Under the pieces are notes generated by a model that worked only from the letters and a program-made list of their open reading frames with translations, was not told where the DNA came from and did no database searches. Shown piece by piece: positions 50,603 through 61,300 of a DNA stretch of 64,000 nt. Made by a program: the position numbers and the translations under genes. This DNA comes from an uncultured Gemmatimonadales bacterium. Lineage in GTDB: Bacteria; Gemmatimonadota; Gemmatimonadetes; Gemmatimonadales; Gemmatimonadaceae. The stretch is from assembly GCA_963793305.1 (NCBI GenBank), contig CAWBZV010000004.1, positions 32,001-96,000 of the forward strand, read 5' to 3'. The first letter of the stretch is position 1. Every line of letters begins with the position of its first letter.

Positions 50603-51079
50603 GTGTACGATCGCATTCTCGTGCCGTTAGAGCACTCAGCGGCCGACGCGAGCATTCTCGCCCACGTGCGTCCGCTCGCGCGCATGTGCAGTGCATCGCT
50701 CGTGCTGATTCACGTCGCGGATGGCTGGGCCGCCCGCAACATCCGGCATCTGCACCTCCGCGAGTCCGAGGAAATGAAAAGCGACCGCGCCTACATCGAG
50801 CGCATGGCGGCCGATCTCGAGGCCGAAGGGTTCGAAGCAGACGCGATTCTCGCCACCGGCGACCCCGCCGAGGAGATCGCGGACGCGGCGGAGCGCGAGC
50901 AGTGCTCGCTCATCGCGATGTCGACGCACGGGCACAAGTTTCTGTCGGACCTCCTGCGCGGGAGCGTCGCGAACGAAGTGCGGCATCGGTCCATGGTTCC
51001 CGTGCTGCTCGTACGCGCGGGGTGGCAAGATCCTTCGGCGTCCGTGGCCGAGGCCTCCATGGCTCGCTCGCATAGCTGA
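50603..51079 (+). CDS. Universal stress protein
   Basis: ILVPL, MSTHGH...GSVA..V. Confidence 0.92.
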   Translation: MYDRILVPLEHSAADASILAHVRPLARMCSASLVLIHVADGWAARNIRHLHLRESEEMKSDRAYIERMAADLEAEGFEADAILATGDPAEEIADAAEREQCSLIAMSTHGHKFLSDLLRGSVANEVRHRSMVPVLLVRAGWQDPSASVAEASMARSHS

Positions 51080-51083
51080 CGGC

Positions 51084-51908
51084 GTGTGCCCACGATTTTC
51101 GGCAGTCGTCGCGGGGTTCGCGCTCGTCACTGCCCTCGTCGCCGCCACGGCTCACGCGCAATCGTCCATCGCGATTGACGAGCGCTTGGCGGCCGCCGCG
51201 CACCTCGGCGTCGGCGACCGCGTCGTGCTCACATCCGAACCCGGCGTGCGCGGCGACACCTTCGTGGTCGGCGCCATCACCCGTCGCGGCGCCGACCCGA
51301 GTGAGGTCGCGCGCGACGGCTATCGCGTCCGTCTCCATCTCGGCGATCTGCAACGGCTCCTCGGCGCCGGCGATCGCGTGAGCCGATTCGCGGTCGCCAG
51401 CACCGACCCCGCTCGTACGCTCGCACGAATCAATAGCGTGGCGTTCGGATTTCGCGCGTATCCGTCGGCCGAGATTGCCGTCCGCACCTCGAAAACGTTT
51501 CGTGTGCTCCGGCGATTCCATGCCGCGATTGGCGTGATCACCATCGTGGCCAGCGCCATTTTCTTACTGTGCATTCTGCTGCTCAAGGTCGATGAGCGCC
51601 GGCGAGACATTGCCGCGCTACGCCTCATGGGGGTCTCGCGCACGTCTGTCATCACGATGGTCGTGTTCGAGGCTGCGCTGATATCACTCGTGGGGACCGC
51701 GTTCGGCGCCTTGGTGGGTTGGGTGGGATCTCTCGTGATCAACTGGCACTACCAAGGGGTCTATCACACTCCCCTCACGTTTTCGTTAGTGACACCAGGG
51801 ATACTGGGATTCGCGGCCGGGCTGTCGATCCTGCTGGGGCTCGGCGCGGGACTGACCGCGGCCACGCGACTCGTGCGCCGGCCACCGCTCGCGCTCCTCG
51901 GCCGCTGA
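51084..51908 (+). CDS. FtsX/LolE-like permease lacking the N-terminal half
   Basis: Signal-like N-terminus ending AHA-Q, LGVGDRVVL, ERRRDIAALRLMG. Confidence 0.8.
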   Translation: MCPRFSAVVAGFALVTALVAATAHAQSSIAIDERLAAAAHLGVGDRVVLTSEPGVRGDTFVVGAITRRGADPSEVARDGYRVRLHLGDLQRLLGAGDRVSRFAVASTDPARTLARINSVAFGFRAYPSAEIAVRTSKTFRVLRRFHAAIGVITIVASAIFLLCILLLKVDERRRDIAALRLMGVSRTSVITMVVFEAALISLVGTAFGALVGWVGSLVINWHYQGVYHTPLTFSLVTPGILGFAAGLSILLGLGAGLTAATRLVRRPPLALLGR

Positions 51909-51910
51909 CC

Positions 51911-53075
51911 ATGCGTCGCCGTCTCGCCTTCGCCTCGCTTAGACGCCGCCGCGCGCGATCGCTGCTCGCCATTCTCGGCGTCGCGGTCTCGGGCGCGCTC
52001 TTGCTGGACATGGTGATGCTCGCCGGCGGAATGCGCGACTCGTTCCGCAAGCTGCTCCTGGTGCGCGGATTCCAACTGCGCATCGCGCCCAAAGGCACGC
52101 TGCCATTCGACACGCAAGCGACGATCGGTCAGGCGTCGGAGATCATCGCCACCCTGCGCACCAATCCCGACATCGTCACCGTGAGCCCGATTCTGGGCCT
52201 CAAGCTGCACGTGCCGAGTCGCAACGTGACGACCGTCGCGATCGGGCTCGATGGCGACGTGCAAGCCGACTACGAGTTGCTCTCCGGCGGGCCGGTGTCC
52301 GGCGCCGATCACATCGTCGCCAACCAGGCGTTCTTGGATGCGACTCGCGCGCGAGTTGGCGATACCCTCACCGTCGCCGTCGGATATGACACGCCGCGGC
52401 GTCGGGTCGTGATCGCCGGCATCGCTCGATTTTTCTATACGGCCGCCGGCGAGCTGGTCGTCGCCGTGCCGCTCGCGACGCTGCAAGCGATGGGCGGACC
52501 AATGGCGACCGATCGGGTGTCGCTCTTCATGGCGCGCGTGCGCGAAGGCGCCGAACGTCGAGCGCGCGAGACAGTGGATCGCGGACAAGATCCCTCGCAT
52601 CTCGGCCATCTCGACCGGGACGGCCCTGCAGCAGTTTGATGAACGCATGGGCTACTTCCGCCAACTCGCCGTGATCCTCGGCTCGATCAGCTTGGGCGTC
52701 GGGTTCCTGCTGGTCACCACCTTGGTGACGGTCTCCGTGAACGAGCGCGTCGGTGAGATCGCGGTCATGCGCGCGATCGGCGTCAGCCGGCAGCACGTCG
52801 TCGAGCAAATCGTCCTGGAAGGCGTCGCATTGGCGCTCACCGGCACGATCCTCGGCATGGGCCTCGGCCTCGTGACCGCCCGCGCGTTCAACGCGATTCT
52901 GTCCGATTTTCCGGGACTGCCGGCCGCGTTCGAGTTCTTCGTGTTCCGTCCGCGAGACGCATACGCGGCCATGACGATGCTGGCCGCCGCCGGCGTGCTG
53001 GCGGGCATTTATCCCGCGTGGAGAGCCGCGTCGCTGCCCGTGGCCGATACGCTGCACGGCGAGGCCATCGCGTGA
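51911..53075 (+). CDS. FtsX/LolE-like ABC permease, frameshift near 52555
   Basis: RSLLAILGVAV N-terminus; ERVGEIAVMRAIG and YPAWRAA in second frame. Confidence 0.88.
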
Positions 53076-53806
53076 CGATCGCGATCGCCACGCCGACGCC
53101 ACGGCCGCTCCTCAAGTCGGAGTTGCTGAGCGCGCGAGCCTTGGTCCGCGACTACCCGGTCGGTGGCGAGATCGTGCGCGCCGTGCGCGGGATCGACCTC
53201 GAGGTCACGGCCGGCGAGTACGTCGCGATCGTCGGCCCCTCCGGCTGCGGAAAATCCACGCTGCTCAACCTGCTGGGCGCGATCGACCGGCCGACGAGCG
53301 GCACCGTCGCCATCCGCGCGCTCAACGTCGGCGCGATGACCGACACGCAGGCCACGCTGTTCCGGCTGCACAACATCGGGTTCGTGTTTCAGCGCTTCTA
53401 CCTCATGCCGACGCTCTCCGCGCGTGAGAACGTCGAGCTGCCGATGGCGGAAGCCGGCGTGCGGAGCGCCGAGCGCGCGTCGCGTGCCCACGAGCTGTTG
53501 GAGTACGTGGGACTCTCGGACCGGGAACGTCACCGGCCCACGCAGCTCTCCGGTGGAGAGCAGCAGCGGGTGGCGATCGCGCGGGCGCTCGCCAACCGGC
53601 CCGCGCTGTTGCTGGCCGACGAGCCGACCGGCGAGCTCGATGCGCAGACCGGCGCCGAGATCATCGCGCTGTTCGGCCGTCTCAACGCGAAGGGCACGAC
53701 CATTCTCGTCGTCACCCACGACGAAGACCTCGCCGCGGCCGCGGCACGGGTGATCCATATGCGGGATGGACGCATCATCGCCGATGAGACACGGCGGCGA
53801 TCATGA
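53072..53806 (+). CDS. ABC ATPase, LolD/MacB family
   Basis: GPSGCGKS, LSGGEQQR, LADEPTG. Confidence 0.95.
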   Translation: MTIAIATPTPRPLLKSELLSARALVRDYPVGGEIVRAVRGIDLEVTAGEYVAIVGPSGCGKSTLLNLLGAIDRPTSGTVAIRALNVGAMTDTQATLFRLHNIGFVFQRFYLMPTLSARENVELPMAEAGVRSAERASRAHELLEYVGLSDRERHRPTQLSGGEQQRVAIARALANRPALLLADEPTGELDAQTGAEIIALFGRLNAKGTTILVVTHDEDLAAAAARVIHMRDGRIIADETRRRS

Positions 53807-55116
53807 TGCGTCTGTTGGCGGTCCGCAATTTCCTGTACAAGCCCTGGCGGTCGCTCCTCCTCTTCCTCGGGTTCGGCCTCGGCGTCTCGGTCATGATCAT
53901 CCTGCTCTCGATCGGCGAGGCCATGGTCGATCAGGCGCAGGACGAGCGGCTGGTCGGCGGCGGGAACATCACCGTGCTGCCGGACGGCATGGACATCGAG
54001 GTCATGAAGACCGGAGGGCTCGGCAGCTTGTTTCTGTCGATCAACAATGCGCGGTTCGTGTATCTGCAACTGCTGGCCAAGCAAAAGGCCGCGCCGCAGG
54101 ATGACGACGAGTTGCTCTATCTCACGACGCCCGACGGCGTCCAGCGACCGGTGTTGGCTGCGGGTGACATTCCGTCGGCGCAACGTGCGGTCGGTGCGAT
54201 GCCCGTGCTGGCGGCTGGTACGTGGACGGATGACAGTGCCGATCGGCGATGGATCGCGCCGACGCCGGCGGAGCTCGAGAACGATATCGACCATTTTCAC
54301 ACGCCGGCGACCGATCCGACCTGGGCCGAGTGGCATTACTTCAACGTGCTGTCGAGTGATCACGCGCGGTGGGCGTTCATCACGTTCATCGTCGGCGCGC
54401 GCGGCGCGCGAATGCTCGTGACCACGCACGCGACTGGAAAGCCGGCGCAACGCTTCACCGCCGACATCCCGCTCTCGGGCGTGCGAACGTCTACGACCCG
54501 CGCTGATGTCACCATCGGGGCGTCCTCGGTCACCGTGCGCCCTGACGGACGGTACGCGGTCCGCGTGCGGATACCCCATCTCTCGACCGATCTCGTGGTC
54601 TCACCACATCCGGGCGCGTACTTCCCCGGGGCGCCCGGCTACACTGTTCCAGCGCTCCTCGCCGATGCGTCGGGACAGCTGTGCATCGACTCAAAATGCG
54701 AACAGTATGATCGCGTGCAGGCGTACCACGACCACAATTGGGGCGTATGGCGCGGCGTCACTTGGGACTGGGGAGCCGCACGGATGGGCCAATATGGCGT
54801 CCTGTACGGACGGGTCAGAGCCCCGGATTCGGTGTCGACGGGCGCGCCCGTGTTCGTGTATCTGGTGGACTCGTCGGGATTCCGGGCGATGTTCCGGCCG
54901 GAGCGCGTCGTCTATGATGACGACAAGCACGCTCCGAGACATGCGACGCTGACAGACGTGCACGGCGCCGACACCTTGCGCCTCGATCTCGACATCCAGG
55001 ACGCCTCGGTGACCGACCATTTCGTTCAGATGAAGGGCATCGCGCACCTGAGCGGCCGCGCGGGCGGCGGCGTGCTCGCCGGACAGGGTGCGGGGTTTTT
55101 CGAGACGTACCGGTAA
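53803..55116 (+). CDS. Permease N-terminus (TM1 plus partial periplasmic domain) fused to AttH/CrtC lipocalin-like domain
   Basis: RSLLLFLGFGLGVSVMI; later EWHYFN, YHDHNWG, WDW. Confidence 0.7.
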   Translation: MMRLLAVRNFLYKPWRSLLLFLGFGLGVSVMIILLSIGEAMVDQAQDERLVGGGNITVLPDGMDIEVMKTGGLGSLFLSINNARFVYLQLLAKQKAAPQDDDELLYLTTPDGVQRPVLAAGDIPSAQRAVGAMPVLAAGTWTDDSADRRWIAPTPAELENDIDHFHTPATDPTWAEWHYFNVLSSDHARWAFITFIVGARGARMLVTTHATGKPAQRFTADIPLSGVRTSTTRADVTIGASSVTVRPDGRYAVRVRIPHLSTDLVVSPHPGAYFPGAPGYTVPALLADASGQLCIDSKCEQYDRVQAYHDHNWGVWRGVTWDWGAARMGQYGVLYGRVRAPDSVSTGAPVFVYLVDSSGFRAMFRPERVVYDDDKHAPRHATLTDVHGADTLRLDLDIQDASVTDHFVQMKGIAHLSGRAGGGVLAGQGAGFFETYR

Positions 55117-55737
55117 CTAGCCGGCCGGGGTCAACCGCGCCCCCGCCATCGCCCGGAATGGCATCCCGTTGATCGAGCTCTGATAGCCGAACTGCACGGC
55201 CATGAGCGTACACGCGCCGGTCAGCGTGAAGAGATGCACCAGCGTCACTGGCGTGCACGCGCCGTGTACGACGACGCCCTGCACACCCGCGACCGTATTG
55301 GATCCGGTGAGGCCCGGCGCGGTACTGTCCGCGTAGTACACGACTTGCGACTCGGCCGTGTCGCGCACGTAGTTGATGGTGACCTCGAGAAAGCTGAACG
55401 GCATGAGATCGCCGGTCCACGCCGCGAGCACGTACGTCGAATCCACGCGTGTCGAGATCGGCGTGATCGTCGCGTACGCGACGGCCCAATAGATGTTGGA
55501 CTGGCCCGCGACATCGATCTCGACCGGCGTCCGGGGGGCGCCGAACGCGAGGCCGTTGTCGATCTGCTGGAGCCAATGGATGCGGGAATCCGAGGGCGAG
55601 AGCACCCCCGCCAACGAATCGTAGTGCAATGCCAACTGCGCCGTCGTCAGCGCCGGTGGCAACGGCCCGCTCGACTGATCGCCCACGCAGGCCGCGATCA
55701 GCAGTGTTGCGGCCAACCCTCCCGCACGCCGCCGCAT
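55117..55737 (-). CDS. Hypothetical lipoprotein
   Basis: Lipobox IAAC. Confidence 0.6.
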   Translation of the reverse strand: MRRRAGGLAATLLIAACVGDQSSGPLPPALTTAQLALHYDSLAGVLSPSDSRIHWLQQIDNGLAFGAPRTPVEIDVAGQSNIYWAVAYATITPISTRVDSTYVLAAWTGDLMPFSFLEVTINYVRDTAESQVVYYADSTAPGLTGSNTVAGVQGVVVHGACTPVTLVHLFTLTGACTLMAVQFGYQSSINGMPFRAMAGARLTPAG

Positions 55738-55748
55738 ATTCGCACAAT

Positions 55749-58163
55749 CTACTCCGGCCGCATGGCAATAACGGGATCAATGACGGCCGCCCGGCGCGCG
55801 GGGAGCCACGAGGCGAGCGCCGCGACGGCGAGCAGCGCCACCGACACGGCCTCGTACGTCGGCGGATCGTCGGGCCGAACGCCATAGAGGAGCGTGGCGA
55901 GCACGCGGCCGCCCATGATGGCCACCGCGAACCCCAGCACCAGTCCCGCGCCGGCGAGACGCACGCCCTGGCCCACGACCATGCCGATGACTTGTGATTC
56001 GCGGGCGCCGAGGGCGACGCGGATGCCGAGCTCGCGGCGGCGTTCGCGGACCGAGTAGGCGAGCACGCCGTAGATCCCGATCACGGCCAGGATCAGTGCG
56101 ACGATGGCGAAGGCACCGACCACGGTGGCGTAGAGACGCGGGGCGGCGACGGATTGGCGGACGGCCTCGACGAACGTTCCGGCGGCGAACACCGGGATCG
56201 TCGGGTCGATTTGCGCCACGGCCTGCGGCGCGGCGCGCAGCACCGTGCCGGACGCCGCCGTCGTGCGCACGACGAACGTCTCGTAGCCGATCGACATCTG
56301 GTCGTACGCCGCGTAGACGGTCGGGCTGGCGTCAGCCTTGAGATCCCGCACTTTCGTGTCGCCGACGATACCGACGATCTCTCCGCCCATCGTGACCGTG
56401 TCCACTCCCCGCCCGGACGAATCGACTGTCCATCCGACGGTCATGCGCTTGCCGATGGGATCCTCGCCGGCGAAGTACTGCTTGACGAGCGATTCGCTCA
56501 CGACGATGACCTGGTGCCCACCGGGCCGATCGGCATCGGTGAACACGCGCCCTCGGCGAACCGGGATGCCCATCGCCGAGAAGTATTTCGGCGTGACGAT
56601 CTGCACGTAGGCGACGGACTTGTGCTCGGGTGGATCGGGTGGACGCCCGGCGATGTGCAGCGTGCTCCGGGACGCACCGTCGCCGAACGGCACGCCGAAA
56701 GCCGCCGCCGCGGCCACCGTTCCCGGCAGGCGCTCGAGATTCCCGATGACACCGTGCGTGAAGCCGCGGAGCTGCGCAAACGACTTGTATTGTGCGTCAG
56801 GGAGATTCACGTCGAATCGCACGACGTGTTCCGGCACGAACCCCGGATCGACGGCCATTGTCCGCACGAAGCTCTTGGTCAAGAGCCCCGCCCCAATGAG
56901 CAGCAACACGGCCAGCGCTGTCTCGGCGATCACGAGTCCGCTGCGCAAGCGACTGGACCGGCGGTGCGCGCTCGCGCCACGCATGTCCGCCTTGAATGAG
57001 GTCTGCATCGCGGGCAGGATGCCGAACACGAGACCACTCAGGGTGGCCGTGACGAGCGTGAACAGCAACACGCGCGTGCTCAGCGTGACTTCATCCAATC
57101 GCGGCAGATTGCCGGGGTGCGTCGCCGCCAGGAATTGAATGCCAGCGGATGCGAGCAGAATGCCGCAGGCGCCGCCCAGGAAGGCGAGGAGGCCGCTTTC
57201 GGTGAGCAGTTGGCGGATGATGCGCTGACGGCTGGCGCCGAGGGCGATGCGCACGCCGATCTCATTCGCTCGCCCGGTGGCGCGGACCAGCAGCAAGTTG
57301 GCGACGTTCGCGCAGGCAATGAGGAGGACGCAGCCGACCGCGCCGAACAGGATGAGGATCGCGTGGCGGGAGCTGCCCACGATCATTTCCTGCAGCGGTG
57401 TCAGCGTGTAATGAAAGCCGCCGTCATGGAGCATGTGTTGCGCAACGATCCGGTCGCTGACCGTCACGAACTCCTGCTGGGCGCCGGCGAATGTGGCGCC
57501 CGGCGCCAGGCGGCCAATGATCCCGAGATAATGCGCGCCCCGACCGTCCTCGCTCAGCGCTTGTTGAGAGAACGTCTCCGGCATCCAGAGGTCGGGATTG
57601 TCGGGATATCGCAGGGTCGGCGGCGCGATCCCGATCACCGTATACGGCTTGCTATCGAGATCGAGTGTGCGGCCGATCGTCGCGGGATCGGCGCCGAATC
57701 GCGACCGCCAGAGTGCGTCGCTCAAGATCACGACCTTCGCCGGGTCGACTTGATCATCCTCTGGCGCGAACGCGCGTCCGTGCTCGACGCGGACGCCGAG
57801 CAGTGAAAACCAGTTCGCGCTCACGCCGGAGGACTTGAGGCGGACCGGCGCCGCGACCCCGGTCAAATTCACGGTGCCGGGATCGAACGCGGCGAGTGCG
57901 CTCAGCCGATGGACCTGCTCTCTCCAGTCCCGGAAATCCGGAGGTGAGACGGCGTTCGAGTGGCCCTTCGGGTTCACCACAGCCACCAAGCCCTCTGGCG
58001 ATCGGAACGCCAGCGGGTTGAGCAGCACGCCATTGACGACGCTGAAAATCAGCGTGTTGGCGCCGATCGCGATCGCCAGCGTGCCGGCGACGGCAGCCGT
58101 GAACCCCGGCGTCGCTCGGAGGCTCCGCATAGCCGTCCGGAGGTCCTGAAAGAGTGCGTCCAT
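55749..58163 (-). CDS. Duplicated MacB/FtsX ABC permease (ADOP-like)
   Basis: QDLR, GANTLIFS, IACANVANLLL, RRRELGIRVALGA. Confidence 0.93.
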   Translation of the reverse strand: MDALFQDLRTAMRSLRATPGFTAAVAGTLAIAIGANTLIFSVVNGVLLNPLAFRSPEGLVAVVNPKGHSNAVSPPDFRDWREQVHRLSALAAFDPGTVNLTGVAAPVRLKSSGVSANWFSLLGVRVEHGRAFAPEDDQVDPAKVVILSDALWRSRFGADPATIGRTLDLDSKPYTVIGIAPPTLRYPDNPDLWMPETFSQQALSEDGRGAHYLGIIGRLAPGATFAGAQQEFVTVSDRIVAQHMLHDGGFHYTLTPLQEMIVGSSRHAILILFGAVGCVLLIACANVANLLLVRATGRANEIGVRIALGASRQRIIRQLLTESGLLAFLGGACGILLASAGIQFLAATHPGNLPRLDEVTLSTRVLLFTLVTATLSGLVFGILPAMQTSFKADMRGASAHRRSSRLRSGLVIAETALAVLLLIGAGLLTKSFVRTMAVDPGFVPEHVVRFDVNLPDAQYKSFAQLRGFTHGVIGNLERLPGTVAAAAAFGVPFGDGASRSTLHIAGRPPDPPEHKSVAYVQIVTPKYFSAMGIPVRRGRVFTDADRPGGHQVIVVSESLVKQYFAGEDPIGKRMTVGWTVDSSGRGVDTVTMGGEIVGIVGDTKVRDLKADASPTVYAAYDQMSIGYETFVVRTTAASGTVLRAAPQAVAQIDPTIPVFAAGTFVEAVRQSVAAPRLYATVVGAFAIVALILAVIGIYGVLAYSVRERRRELGIRVALGARESQVIGMVVGQGVRLAGAGLVLGFAVAIMGGRVLATLLYGVRPDDPPTYEAVSVALLAVAALASWLPARRAAVIDPVIAMRPE

Positions 58164-58236
58164 GGTCGCTTGTATAGGAAGCCATATGCCGGGAAGTCAA
58201 TCACACCTAACCGACTAAACAGTAACAGTTTACAGT

Positions 58237-58253
58237 GCGTGACGCAGTCACGC
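58237..58253. promoter_or_regulatory. Perfect palindrome in divergent promoter region
   Basis: GCGTGAC-GCA-GTCACGC. Confidence 0.55.
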
Positions 58254-58307
58254 CTGTGTTCATGAGTGGGACTTCCGGTTCGCTTGTTTCGGCATATCTT
58301 CGGGTGC

Positions 58308-61300
58308 ATGGACTACGTAGAACTCCACTGTCACTCGGCCTTCTCCCTGCTCGACGGCGCCGCATCGCCCGAGACCCTGGTGAGTCAGGCTGCCGCCCTT
58401 GGGTACAGGGCGTTGGCGCTGACGGATCACGATGAGCTCGGCGGGTTTGTTCGCTTCGCACAAGCCGCACAAGAGATCGATGGATTCAAGCCGATCATCG
58501 GCGCCGAGCTCACGGTCGGCGCGCATCATCTCGTGCTACTCGCTGAGACGCGCGAAGGGTACGGCAACCTCTCGACGCTGATCACGCGCGGCCGAATGGA
58601 CTCGCCGCGCGGCCAACCGTCGGTGTCACTCGATCTCGTCGCGCGGCACGCCGCCGGGCTTACGGCACTCACGGGGTGCCCGCGCGGATGGGTGCCGTCG
58701 GCGCTCGTCGCCGATGGACCGCACGTCGCGAAAGCCGCGGCCGGGACGTTGCTCGACATCTTCGGCCGCGAGCACTTGGGCGTAGAGTGCTGGAATCACG
58801 GGCTTCCCGAAGAGCGCCAGGTCGTGCGCGGCCTGATCCCGATCGCGCGAGCGCTCGGCGTTCCTTGGGTCGTCACGAACGACGTGCACTATGCCGAGTC
58901 GCGGCTGGCGCTCGTGCACGACGTGTTATCGAGTCTGCGGCACTCGACGACCCTCGACGAGATGGGGACGCGGCTCAAGCCAAACGCCGAATGGTATCTC
59001 AAGAGCGCAGCCGAGATGCGGCGCCAGTGGCCCGACGCCACCGGGATGCGATCGACGCTCGCCATCGCCGAACGCTGCGCGTTTCGGTTGGCGCAACTCG
59101 AACCGACGCTGCCCAAGTTTCCGGTCGACGAGCCCGATGCCTATCTCGCCGAGCTGGTCGAGCGTGGAGCCACCGAGCGGTGGGGCGCCGATCGGACCGA
59201 GAAACACCGGCGCCAGCTCCAGCACGAGCTGGCGATGATCAAGCAACTCGGCTACGCGGGGTTCTTCCTCATCGTCTGGGACATCATGCGGTTCGCACGG
59301 GACGAAGGCATCCTGGCGCAGGGCCGTGGCTCGGCCGCGAACTCGGCCGTCTGCTATTGCCTCGGCATTACGGCAGTCGATCCCATCAAGATGGGACTCT
59401 TGTTCGAGCGCTTTTTGAGCGAAGGCCGCAAAGAGCCGCCCGACATCGATCTCGACTTCGCGCACCGCGAGCGCGAGCGCGTGATCCAATATGTCTATAC
59501 TCGATACGGGCGCGAGCACGCGGCGATGGTCTGCGAGCAGATCACGTATCGTGGCCGCTCGGCGGTCCGCGATGCCGCGCGCGTGTTCGGATTCTCCGTC
59601 GAGCAAGCCGGCGCGCTCGCCGATGTGAGCGACCGGTTCTCGGCCAAGCAAACCGCTGCGACGCTGCGCGGAGCCGTGGCGCCAACGATGGAGGGCGTCG
59701 GTCGCGATCCGACGACGTCGATCCGGCCGAGAACCGAAGGCTCCGATGACGTGCTGACGCAGGCCGGACTCGATCCCGACGATCGCCGGGTCAAGCTCCT
59801 GGCCGATGTCGTCGAAGGACTCGATCAGCTGCCGCGGCATCGATCGATCCACGTCGGCGGGTTCGTGCTCACCGAGGAGCCGTTATCGACCGTCGTCCCC
59901 ATCGAGCCCGCGTCGATGCCCGATCGCACGGTGATCCAGTGGGAACGCGATGACCTGGATGGCGCGGGATTGATCAAGATCGACCTGCTGGGCCTGGGCA
60001 TGCTGACGCTGCTCCAGGATTGCATCAAGTACATCAAGGAGACCCGCGGGGTCACGATTGATTTCTCGCAACTCGACATGTTCGACAAGCGCGTCTATGA
60101 GAGCATCAGCCGCGCGGACACGATCGGCGTGTTCCAGATCGAGAGTCGCGCACAGATGCAGACGCTGCCGCGGTTGCAACCGCGCTGCTTCTACGATCTC
60201 GTCATCGAGGTCGCGATCATTCGCCCGGGGCCCATTCAGGGCGACATGGTGCATCCGTATCTGCGCCGTCGGGCCGGCGTCGAAGATGTCACGTATCCGC
60301 ACCCCAAGCTGCGTCCGATTCTCGAGCGCACGCTCGGCGTGCCGCTGTTTCAAGAGCAAGGCATGCAGGTCGCGATCTCCTGCGCGGGGTTTTCTCCGAG
60401 CGAAGCCGACAATCTCCGTCGGGCGATGGGGCACAAGCGCTCGCGCGAGAAGATGGCGGCGATACACGATGCGCTCGTCGACGGCATGGCCAGGAACGGC
60501 ATCGCGTCGGAGCTCGCCGAGCGAATTTACAAGCAGATCAATGGGTTCGCGGATTACGGCTTTCCGGAATCGCACGCCGCGAGTTTCGCCCTGCTGGTCT
60601 ACGCCTCTGCCTATCTCCGCTACTACTACGCCCCGGAATTTCTGGCGGCGATTCTCAATGCACAGCCCATGGGGTTCTACGCCGCGGGGACGCTCGTCGA
60701 GGACGCACGACACCATGGCGTCGAGGTTCGCCCGATCGATCTCACGCACTCGGATTGGGATTCCACGCTCGAATGCGACACCGATCCACCCGCGACTCGT
60801 CTCGGGTTGCGCTGCGTACGCGGACTCGGGACCGCGGCGAAGACCGAGTTGGCGCGCGCGCGAGCCGCGGGTCCGTTCGCGTCCGTCGAGGACTTTGTGA
60901 AGCGGGTCAGGCTCGACCGACGGGCGGTGCGGCAGCTAGCCGAAGCGGGGGCGTTTGATACGATGGTCGGTGGGACTCGGCGCGAGGCCTTATGGAATGT
61001 GCTCGAATCGCTGCGTGGAACCGGCGGCCCGCTCGTCGTGCACCGCCCGGTCGCCACGCCACCGGTGTTGCCACCGATGGAGCCCTACGAGCTGACGGCA
61101 GCCGACTACCGCACGACCGGCTTGTCGCTCAACGGGCACCCGATGATCCATCTCCGTGAGACGGTACGACTCAACGGCGTGCGCACCGCGCGCGACATCG
61201 TGGCGCGGGGGAAGGACGGCGAGTCGATCGCTGCCGCGGGCCTCGTCATCTGCCGCCAGCGGCCTGGCACGGCCAAGGGGTTCGTCTTTTTGACGCTCGA

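Noticed and set aside
59660..59760. Intein in DnaE2
   Set aside because: Only a short low-complexity stretch with no intein splice motifs.
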